Assembly: GCA_043228905.1 (NCBI GenBank) | Contig: JBHGNT010000013.1 | Coordinates: forward strand, 17,980,001 to 18,044,000 | Direction: 5' to 3' | DNA from: Azolla caroliniana | Taxonomy: Eukaryota; Plantae; Polypodiophyta | DNA length: 64,000 nucleotides | Shown: positions 53,729 to 64,000 of the stretch, piece by piece | How positions within the stretch are numbered: position 1 is the stretch's first letter | How the letters are laid out: each line of letters begins with the position of its first letter | Made by a program: the position numbers and the translations under genes | The notes under the pieces: model-generated | Database searches by the model: none | What the model saw: only the letters and a program-made list of their open reading frames with translations | Told to the model about the DNA's origin: nothing

Positions 53729-54929
53729 TGCATAGTATGTAAAGTTCGTGTTCGTCTACTATATCATTCGTTTTCCTACGTTGGAAAACAAACACGAATG
53801 ATATTAAAAAATTTGTGTGTTTTTTTTTTTTTTTTTTATAGTTTTTTTTCCCTCTTTTTTTTCCCCCTCTTTTCCCCCCTTTTCCCCCCTTTTCCTCTGC
53901 ACATCAACGCTATGCTCTGCTCTCCCCCCCTTTTCCCCCTTTTCCTTCAACGACTTGCTGTTGGAACGATTTGTTGCTTGCATCGTACACCTTCTCCCGG
54001 CCATTACTTTCTGCATACCAACGATATTCAGGTATGTTAAGGGTTAATAATAGGATTTAAAGTTGTTGAATGTTTAGGTCATAGTATGTACTCTATGGAC
54101 AGAAATTTCTGTAATTTTTCACTAATTTTTGTAATTTCTGTAAATTCTTTTTAATTTCTGTAATTGTTTTGTATTTATGCGATTTCTGTAATTTCTGTAT
54201 AATTTCTGTAATTTCTGTAATTTTGTTGTAATTTTGTTGTAATTTCTGTATTTTTTGTATAATTTCTATAATTTCTGTAAATTTGTTGTAATTTCGTTGT
54301 AATTGCAGTAATTTCTGTAAATGTTTTGTAATTTCTTTAATTTCTATACAATTTTTGTAATTTTTGTAATTTTGGTGTAATTTTATTGTAATTTTGTTAT
54401 AATTTCTATAATTTCTATAAATTTTAAAGTTTTTTTACCTTGAAAAAATATTTACCTTATAGTAAATAATTTAACCAAAAGTATGGTATTTATCATTCTT
54501 CGAGGGTGTTTACCCTTCTCGAATGATTGAATCATTCTCGAACACGAATGCATGAATGGTACGCATGGTTCATACTATGATCAAGTGTTGATGGGTGGGG
54601 GATGAAACCTAGAATGGCTTCACCCCCCTCCCAAGGGGTTAAGTTAGAGAGAGAGCAAGAGAGAAAGACAAATAGGAAATGACACCAAATGAGAGGGGAA
54701 AAAACTATATCTCATTACATACCCCATAGGGGGTTTATATAATACATCCAATGTAACAGTTACATGACCGTTACAAATAAGACCGTTACACATTCTTGTA
54801 CACATGCACATAATTGTGCATGTGTCCATACACATACTCATCCTCACAAACTCATTTACTTTACACATGCACATCAACCACATCATTACACATACCCTTA
54901 TGCCTCCCCGTATATTCTTACGGGTAACA
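53729..54929 (-). mobile_element. Solo LTR (1201 bp) inserted in the Copia gag
   Basis: TG...CA termini with 5-bp TSD TCAAG (53724-53728 and 54930-54934). Removing it restores gag QHHQVLLK. Minus-strand TATATAAA near 54740 and an AATTTCTGT-type microarray at 54100-54420. Confidence 0.82.
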
Positions 54930-57088
54930 TCAAGTTCTCCTCAAGGACGACAAACTTCATCAAGTTAATCAACCTGTGGCTCCTCTACAATTCAAGGATT
55001 TGATGCCTGTCGAGAGTGATTATTCTAGATGACATGCACAAAGTCGAGGAAGAGGAAGAGCAGGAAGAAAAAAACAAAGGAATCAATATCCCACAAGTAA
55101 TCAAGTCAAGCCAATGCATCATCAATCAACGTCAAGTCAAGATAAGCCTTCATCGAATTCATGTCTTCGATGTGGTTTACGAGGGCACTAGGCAAACACT
55201 TGCCAAACTTCTAAGTTTCATGTTGATCTTTGACAAAAGTATGGGAATCAAGGTCAAGATAGGAAACCAAAGGCTAATATGGTAGCAAAAACATCAACGA
55301 TCTCACCATCAATTCCAATCTTGGAATATAGTTTTATGGATCAACCTTTGGAATTCGAGCCCGAAGCCAACGTGATTGAAGCCCATATGATTGATTTGCA
55401 TACAAACCATTCTCTTTGTCTTATTGATTGCGCCTTAACTCACACTATCCTATGTCATAAAGAATGCTTTCATCATATTAAAGATCAAGCCCCTTTCAAC
55501 ATCAAGTCTATAGCTCGTTCTTGTATTGGACAAGGAAGAGGCCCTGCCACTATCCAACTTCCAAGTGGTGTTTTCTTGGAAATACATGATGCTATCTATG
55601 CACCTACCTTGCTAAGAAATCTTCTTGCATTTGCAGATGTGCGACGCAATGGATACCACCTCATGACATGGGAAAAAGATGGGAAAGAGACGATGCCAGT
55701 TGTCTAGCACCTATCAAATACTACCCAAGTTATTGATGAGTTAGAAGTCTTACCAAACCAATTGTATTGTTTCAACCTTAAAGCCCCGAAGATCCGCATG
55801 GCTTCATTTGCCCACTACTCCAATATTTCCTCGAAGGTCAATACCGACATAATGGATCTTTGGCATGATAGACTAGATAATTTTGGCCATAGAATGATTA
55901 GGAGAATGATCAATAATGTTCAAGATCTACCTTTAAAGTTGGAATACTTGAATCGAGTTAAAACTCGTTTTTGTGTTCCATGCACACAAGGAAAGCTGGT
56001 GATTCATCCATCCTTGCACAAGGAACCGTATTTATCAAGCATTATCTCAAAGAATTTGTTATCATCGCTATTTATGTTGATGATCTCAATATTATTGGAA
56101 CATCCAATGCTATTGAAGATGTTGTTATGCTTAGCTGCCAATTTGAAATGAAAGACCTCTGTTTAACTACATTCTGCTTGGGTCTTCAAATCGAGCACCT
56201 ATCTAATGGAATTCTTCTTCATCAGTGCTCTTATATCCATAAAATATTAAAACGGTTTTCTATGGATCAAGCTCATTCTATTAGAACTCCAATGGTAGTG
56301 CACTCTCTGGATCCTTCTCGTGACCCATTTCGGCCAAGATCTTCTAACGAGTTAGCATTGGGACCACAATATCCTTACATGCCTGTTGTTGGTGCACTTA
56401 TGTACTTGGCCAATTGTATGTGCCCAGACATTTCGTTCGTTGTCAATTTGCTGGCTCGATATAGTCACGATCCTACCAAAAGACATTGGACTAGAATTAA
56501 GCAGATTTTCTGATATTTATGAGGCATTCAAGATATGGGTCTTTTCTTTACCAGTGATTCTATGCATGGTCAATTCACCGGTTATTCTAACGATGGGTTC
56601 TTATCTGACCCTCACGTTGGCAGATCACAAACAGGATATGTTTTCCTTGTTGGTGGCACAACGATCTCTTGGCGATCGGCAAAGCAAACATTGGTTGCAA
56701 CATCTTCAAATCATGTTGAGATATTGGCATTACATGAAGCAAGTCGAGAATGTCTATGGTCACAACGCTTAATTGGGATATTGAAAATTCTTGTGGTTTT
56801 ATCGGCCCATCATTACCAACAGTTATCTATGAAGATAATTCTGCTTGTATTAATCAGTTCAAGAAAGGCTTCATTAAAGGTAATCGAATCAAACATATTT
56901 CTCTCAAGTTTTTCTTTACTCGTGAGCTCAATGATAATTATATCAACATACAACCTATTCAATCAAGCAAGGACTTGGTGGATATTTTTACCAAAAGCTT
57001 ACCTACATCAAAACATTGGCTAAACATTCATTCTCTTGGACTCAGAAGATTATCAGAGTTGATGAACTGATGATGAGATGAGGGGGAG

Positions 57089-57338
57089 TGTTATGAACTC
57101 ATGTATAACATGAGTTATGCTATACTTATCTTAGTATTAAACTCTAGTTAACAAGACTTCATGATGTAAGTAGTATGCATGCATCTCATCATCTTCTAAG
57201 TCATAAAACTTATGTATCTCAATCATTTTGGAATAGATATGGAAGAGCATAGCCTATGAGCTCTATCTGGAGATTGTATTGTAATCTTGATTAATATTTA
57301 ATCACTATTTATCTTGCTTAATAGTCTATTCTATAACA
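57089..57338 (+). repeat. 3' LTR of Bianca-like Copia
   Basis: Preceded by the PPT and followed by the TATAT TSD. Confidence 0.95.
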
Positions 57339-58292
57339 TATATATATATATATAAGATATATTATTATTAGAAAAAATTAATGTGTTTTTAACCTTTTCA
57401 ATCTTGTAGACTATACAAGAACTATGAATAGAATAAGGATGGCAAGGAAGATACTACAAATAAATTGAAAAATCACATATAATGGGGAACGTACTAACAT
57501 TTGGACGGGGCATCATTTGCATTGTTATATAAGGAAAGTCGATGCTAGAATATTAATTTCTTTCTCATTCCTATCAAGAATATTTTGACCTCTTCGATAT
57601 AACTTAATTCATTCAATTGAGTCGATGGTGGGAGGCGGATGATTATAGGTGCCTACAAGCAAACGAAGAAGGACATTCCATCTCGCTAAGATAGATATGA
57701 ATAAGGGTAAATAACATGTCAATAGTGTAGTAATGATATCTATTATTATCCTAAATGAAGTACATACTTAAATCATTATTGAAACCCCAAGATAAAGAAT
57801 CTTGCGCAAGTTTTTGACCATAGAGCATCTTAGTTTGTATCTGGTTTTGGTGGAAATCAATCCTTCATAATTGTAAAATAAATAGATTTAAAGGTTAATC
57901 TATCTATCTTCTTACTTCTCCTTATTTTTATAGCTCCTTCTCTACTCCGATTTTAAAAACCTCTAGTTGATGAATACCATTGAGACTTTTAGTAGGTAAC
58001 ATCCAAACTCGAATCGTGGAATCAAGGATTGTCTCAACGTAGTCTAATAATGGCCCTCATGAGGATAGCTAGGCCTCATATTTATAGCCAGACCTAAGGC
58101 CCCTAGGAAAGTTCAATGAAATGATATCATCTAAAATATAGTTTCCAAGGTTGTTTCACAATAAGTCTAGCTTTCTTTAAAAAAAATTATTTATCTTAGA
58201 ACAATGAACTGAGGGCAAACAATTAATATATTGCAACCAGATCAAGCACAATGAAAGAAAAAGCAAATGGATAAAGTCCGAAAAACATCATG

Positions 58293-59983
58293 TCATTGCC
58301 ATCCACCCACATTGTTGTTCCCATAAGGACCATCAAGGCTAGGATTATTATCTTGATGGTTCGGAGTATGATGTTGTGGAACCTCCTCTGATGCAACCTT
58401 TTTATTGAAACAAAGTATGCTGAAAGTTAGCCAAAGGTAAAATACCAAATAGCGAAAAACTACAAAAATTTGAAGTTATAAAACATGACTAGCTTTGAAG
58501 TTCTCTACTTCACTAGAATTAAACCTTGTAATGCAACAATTTCATACAAGCAAAAGACCATTAGTTTAGAGAAAACGACTCGTGTTTTTTCATATGTTGG
58601 GACGGGGGTATACCTTGGGAATAAACTTCAAAGAGACCTCGATTTGTCCTTTTGTATGTCCTGATGGTCGTACCAAATTATAGTGCCTTGCTGGCACTTC
58701 CAGCTCTGAAAAGACTTCATTCAAAGGTATTCTGCAGGGAGGACATAGTTTCACCAAGTAGCATTTAAGGAATGGAGATGAAGATTATTCCAAAGACATA
58801 CAACAAAGATTGAAAACTGCATAAGGTTTAGGTTGAAAGGGATAAAAACCATACTTGGCTTCCCCGATAATGTCATCAGCACTGTTCTTATCTTCATCAA
58901 AGATCTTAATGACCACATCACCATTATCTTCATCAACCTTAAAGAAAAATATTTGGTTCCATACAGGATCAGATCCACCACCTAGACAAAACATAAAGGT
59001 GTGTGCAAATTGCTTCATTAACAGACAAAAAACAAACAAACCAGCCAACCAAATAAAGATTGGACGAAAAAGGCATTAATTTTCTCACTTCTTCAAACAT
59101 GATCATGTGTGCATATCACATGTACCATGTTAGCATCTCCATGTTGTCTATTTTTCTAATCATAGAAATACCAACAATAGGAGTAAATAAAAGATTGTGT
59201 GTGTGCATACCACATATGTCGAGTTCTAATTGTAAGCATACGACAAAAAATAAATCCATGATCATACGTGGATCTCAAATATGTCTATCACATGGAAGTA
59301 AGTAAATGCATGATCATCCATGCATATCACATGGACAATGTTAACACTGAATATCTAGCTATACGCATACATACGGAATCGGAGTGAACACATGACCATG
59401 CTATGTGATGCTACATGATCATGCATGCATATTGCATATACCATGGTAGCACAATGGTTTGAATTGTACATACACCATATGAGAGTATACATGAGCATGC
59501 CATGCACATTACATATCAATACGTTCCACATTGAACCACCATGAAAGCAAATGGGCATTGCATATGCATATGTTGCCACATGATGGATGGGTACACTGCA
59601 AATGATACCAGATCTGCACGTTGAATGTATCATTCATGCATTCTGTTATAAGCATTGCACCAAAGTAACAGAGAATCCATATACAAAACAGAATGAGATC
59701 TCAGATGAAAACCAAAACAAGGTAATTTACTTATACATATTAGAGAGAGGGAGACATTGCCTTCTAGCGTTTTGCTTTTCTGATCTTGAGTCTTGTAGGA
59801 AATAATGGCATAAGGATCATTCTTCCCTGTATACAACCAAAAACCAAAGATGAATGACAAAATTGAAAACCAAAACATAAAAATAAAATCGACAATATAA
59901 TACACGAACCTACCTAAGAATTCAACGTTTTTCATGTCTTTTCCTCCATGGAGGCGAACTTGAAGGGTGCCCAAGATATCCAT
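58293..59983 (-). CDS. Small single-C2-domain protein (elicitor-responsive ERG/PP16-like), ~161 aa. Exons 59983-59914, 59826-59761, 58981-58855, 58731-58614, 58397-58293
   Basis: GTLQVRLHGGKDMKNVEFLG-KNDPYAI..GGSDPVWNQ..IFDEDKNSADDIIGEA..GQIEVSLKF, ending GGWQ*. Spliced 486 nt is in frame; intron 2 uses a GC donor. Confidence 0.9.
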
Positions 59984-61535
59984 GACAGGTTCTTTTGGGG
60001 GAAATGAAATGGAAGGGATTCAAACCGAGATAGTCTGTAGAGATCTGTCTCTCTCTCTTGTGTCTCTGAGGATTCTGACGCCTGAGGACTTGAATTGTTG
60101 TATTTGAAGAAGGCAAAAAACGCATTTTGCTCGTGATGTATGTGTATGATTTGGTCAAAGGGTTTCTGTTTTTTGAAGGAATTTTGAATGGAATAATGCC
60201 AAAAAAGCACAAAAAAAACTCACATAGTCAAAAGGAACCCCCAAAGGAAAACCTTCATACATTACCTACCTACTGACATGGGGATGGGATGGGATAGTTC
60301 ATTCAAATAGGGTCCTCCTTTTAGATCTCTCGACCCCCCAAATGTCCGTCCATTTTGAGCGCCCCCTCCCATCTCCCAATTAAGACCTATAAAACGAAAA
60401 AGAAGCAACACTATTTCGAATTAATCATCCACAGGGGGGGGGGGGGGCTCAAATGTTAAAAATAACTTTTTTCCTGGACATGTTATTTGCATATATGTAT
60501 TTGGGGAGGGGCGAAGAGGATTTATGTCAATTTGTCGTCTGTAGATGAGTGACTTTGTAAAATGTCGGTCCAAAATGAAACAATAACATATGGCAAATTT
60601 AGTATGGGCCATTTGCATAATCATAGGACTTGAATGGAAAATAACTTTTTCCTTGTTACACAAATGATAACTTTGTAGAGTGTAGTGTATTGGTCCAATA
60701 TAAATATATGCCATAATTGAACTTGTATATGAATAATTATAATGACTCTAATGGATACATCATACTCCTAGCTAGTGGTAATTTCTAACAAGGACATTTC
60801 TCATGGTTTAAATATAGATAGCACACATTTAAATAGACACAATATGTACCAAACATATTATGTATTCTTTCATGAGTGACTGAATCCACCTTGGAGCTCC
60901 TAGTACTAGCTATGTTAAATCATTATTTAATACTTAAAACTACTTTTTATCATGAAGTAATTAAAATAACCTATTTATGTATATGCCATGAAAATGAAGA
61001 GGAATATATATGTTTTTTGCGATAATGGAGTCTCAAGGTCATGTGCTACAAATAGAAAGGTACAATTTTGGTGAGTGGGCTCTTGAAACCTATAAAAATC
61101 AAAAGAGATTTCATTTCCATGGACGCTGAAGCTCTCTTAACAGATGGATTATCATGGGGTAACGAATAAGACGTGCTAGCGAATCAAGCAATGCGATTGT
61201 CAATCGTAGACTCGCTATGCCAAAATTCGAGGATCTTCTCTCGACAATCTTCCAAATTCTCAATCCTTCATCATCTTACTCTTTAATACCCTATACCAAC
61301 CACTTCATTTTACATGGTTGAGGATTTTAATCTCAATTGTCTCTTGTACCAAACTTACAGGATTATCATGAGTTATTGCTTAATTCACATAAATTATGAT
61401 AATGACGTGATGCTTAATTCACACAATTGATAAAGTAGAAGAATCAATTAGCTTATTGGATGTAGACCAGAGGACGCACCTGTTTGGTGGGGGTGGATGC
61501 TATGTTGGCGATGACACATGAATCTATCAAACCAC

Positions 61536-61731
61536 TGTTGAGCGAACAAGCTCAAACGGATCCAGATCGGTTGAATAAGCCGGAGCTGGATCGGTATCCG
61601 GAACCAAGAGTTGGATCGGAGAGCCGGATCGGATTGTAACCGGTAGGCCGTTAGAGGCCTACGATCCTAGCCTAGTACGTAGGCGTATTTTTAGGAGTCA
61701 GTGTTAGTCACTCGTATGAGCATTGAAGTAC
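61536..61731 (+). mobile_element. Truncated Copia LTR related to 7389-7861
   Basis: Starts TGTTGAGCGAACAAGCTCAA. Shares GGATCGG repeats, AGGCCG.TAG and ATGAGCATT.AAGTAC with the 7389 LTR. Confidence 0.7.
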
Positions 61732-61742
61732 ATGTTAATAAA

Positions 61743-62804
61743 GATGAGCAACTTCTCATTTCCGTTTTATCGAGAGTCGTGGCCAAAGAATTGAGCCTTG
61801 AGGGGATGGTGACAGAGTTCAACACATATGTCCTTACATTTAAATGTATTATACGACAAGGATTTCAAATTTTCTAATGTGTAAACATGTTTTGACAGTC
61901 ATAAGGTCTACATGAATATCCAATAAGTTATGATGAAGCAACTAGGTTGCTTGACATGGGACCAAGTGACTGAAGAATATCCGTTGACGTCTTCTTATAA
62001 GATGTTATCAGAATACTTTAACACATTCAAGGATTGGGTTAGTATCTCACTCCTTATTTGCATAATATGGGAATTGTATTATATTTCTTAGTCTAACTCT
62101 TTTAATTCTATCTCCTTTGCGCATTAGCAACCATGCCGAGGCAAGAAACCGGGAGAAGTAAAAGATATCCATGACTTCCCAACATTGTTTCTTGCTCACC
62201 TCGAAAGGTCCAAGAAGGAAAATGATCGTCTCTTACTAAAACCATACGATGTGGATGATGATGGGACCTTCAAAACATTTAGCCACAAGAAAGACATCAC
62301 ACGCGATTTATATTACAATGTATATTGTGCTGATGTGGCCGACATGAAGGAGAAATTGCCAAGAAAAGACTACACGTTGTTGATTCCCGACATACCATAT
62401 GGTTTTTGAATGGCAGGATCAATGTGTGATGACGAACCGAGAATTGTCATTTTTCATAGTATGAACCAAAGCTACTCTGTTGCACAAGCATTGAGATCTC
62501 ATTCTCATGGCATCGAAAACCTAGCATGGTATGGATACATGTCGACTACTTGAATTTATATTTTGCAAAAGGTTGATTCGTGTTAAACTTGATATCATGT
62601 GTATCGTGGTTATTTTGTTGTCATGTGTTGGATAAAAACCAATGTAAATAGAGGACCAACATTTAGATTTGTGAATGTGATCGAATATATAACTGTAGGA
62701 TATTTTAATGAGATTAAAAAACAACGAATCCAGGAGCATTCAAATGAGGTTAGAGGCTCGAACCTATTGGTGTATCCAGAAGTTACCTGAAAATTGTGAC
62801 ACGT
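61743..62804 (+). pseudogene. Intron-containing beta-class N6-adenine/N4-cytosine DNA methyltransferase-like pseudogene. Exon remnants ~61743-61825, 61899-62037, 62128-62528, 62631-62804
   Basis: YTLLIPDIPYGF (motif IV, 62389-62400), then RIVIFHS..Q, ENLAW-IK, VNVIEYITVGY and RGSNLL, in N6_N4_Mtase order. Phase-compatible introns (one intact GT-AG, others with one mutated site). In-frame stops; truncated before motif I. Confidence 0.68.
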
Positions 62805-63055
62805 TGTCGTGAAAATCCGTCACTATGTGCGGATCATGAGGCGGAACCGCCGGGGTTATGAACGGGAAGGAAATACAGCTCACACGCACAACACAAGGAA
62901 GTCTTACACAAACAAGGCATGAGTATTCGAACGTGTTTGTGAAAAGGAGAGGTGCATGGGCAAGCCCGAATCAACCCCTAGTCACAAGGCGAACGAATGC
63001 ACGTGAGGCCCGGGGGCTCCACTATATATAAAGAGGTTGTATCACGTGCGTTTAA
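62805..63055 (+). mobile_element. LTR-like fragment truncating the methyltransferase remnant
   Basis: Abrupt CpG-rich segment starting TGTCGTG with CTATATATAAAG; no partner LTR seen. Confidence 0.45.
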
Positions 63056-63419
63056 GGCATCTTTTATAAACCCCTTATACGTATGTTTTTTACTATTTTA
63101 GATACCCTTCTATAAAAATTTGGTTAATAAAAATGCCCCTTAGTGCCAATATATATTTTGACAACAATTCATTTTAAATGCCCTTACATAGAAGTCACAT
63201 GTATGTTTTATACATGTGTGTGTGTGTGTATTGTGTTGTATTGCATATGTTGCATTTATATCATATGTATGGATTATGTGTATATATGTATTGTGTGTGT
63301 GTTCATATGTATGTATTTAAATTGTATTCCTTGTTTATTTACTTATGTATTGTATTGTATGTGTTGTATATCTAGATGTATGGCATGTGTGTATGTATCT
63401 GGGTTATGCATGTGACCTC

Positions 63420-64000
63420 TAAAGCTAATGGATGTAGTCTATGCAATGATCTTGACATTGCCTCATGTGCATTGAAGCCACCCACCACTTTGGTAATAAA
63501 ATCTGGATCATGTGGGATCTTACAAAATTTGATGTAATTACTTGAAGGACCTTTTCTATTTTTGTAAGTTCAAAGTTATCCTGCTTTGACTTGTCCTATT
63601 GTGTAGGACAATACTCTTTTAGAATCGATTTTTGATATTGCCTTAAAATTTTACTCTATAATTCAAGTGCTTTTAAGATAATTAAATCAGGATAGATAAT
63701 GCAGAAACCTGAAGTTTATAATTGACAATAGATTTCCTCATACTCAGTGTATACTCATGGTGAACCTCCTTTGAAACTTATTGCAAGGTATGACTGATTG
63801 TCTTTTCTGACAACCTTTCAATTGCATGTTTACCAACATGACGAAGGGCAAATAGGTGCTATAAAGGTGTCGTCTATCCTTGCCTCAATATAGTATTGAT
63901 ATTTCAAAATGTGTTCTACATCTTCCGACATTGGATGAGCCCAATTGTGGTACCAAAGCATAGCTGATATGAAGACTCCGAGGACTCGGAGCGATATGTG
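63420..64000 (-). mobile_element. Decayed hAT-like transposase C-terminal remnant
   Basis: Frameshifted minus-strand pieces LRVL.VF, YKNRKGP and PKWW...KIIA resemble the hAT dimerisation region. Confidence 0.35.

Larger units (their letters stand above)
52832..57338 (+). mobile_element. Ty1/Copia LTR retrotransposon (Bianca-like), internally deleted, with nested solo LTR
   Basis: 250-bp LTRs at 52832-53081 and 57089-57338 (about 17 mismatches by eye). TSD TATAT within (TA)n; PBS CGCTATCATCACGA (Bianca-type CGTTATCAGCACG); PPT AGGGGGAG. gag 53155-53728, PR CLIDCALTHTIL, LWHDRL, RT IIAIYVDDLNIIG, RH IYEDNSACI. Confidence 0.95.

Noticed and set aside
61790-61812. PPT-like TTGAGCCTTGAGGGGATGG
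   Set aside because: Not followed by an LTR start; reads in frame as ELSLEGMV of the methyltransferase-like remnant.

Overview
Eukaryotic plant nuclear DNA. I infer a non-seed vascular plant, probably a fern, from the Tcn1/Tf1-type chromovirus, the PPR style and the intron patterns. Four spliced protein-coding genes can be reconstructed by hand: a very long euANT/AINTEGUMENTA-like AP2 factor (+, 24403-31099, 9 exons including the 9-nt VYL micro-exon, ~1451 aa), plastid ClpT (-, 33334-36033), a C2-inositol 5-phosphatase-C2 gene (-, 37997-44625, 20 exons) and a small C2-domain protein (-, 58293-59983). They sit among nested TE debris: a two-LTR chromovirus, Copia 3' ends, a hAT MITE with an 8-bp TSD, a Bianca-type Copia carrying a nested solo LTR, LINE and hAT remnants, and a PLS-PPR pseudogene. 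The most notable observations are: an intron-containing, decayed bacterial-type beta-class amino-DNA-methyltransferase (DIPY motif) at ~61.7-62.8 kb; a self-priming PBS and tRNA-like Pol III A/B boxes in the chromovirus LTRs; 4 GC-AG introns out of 36; and three near-perfect fold-back hairpins at 49.8-52.4 kb. All gene models are manual and have not been checked against transcripts or databases.
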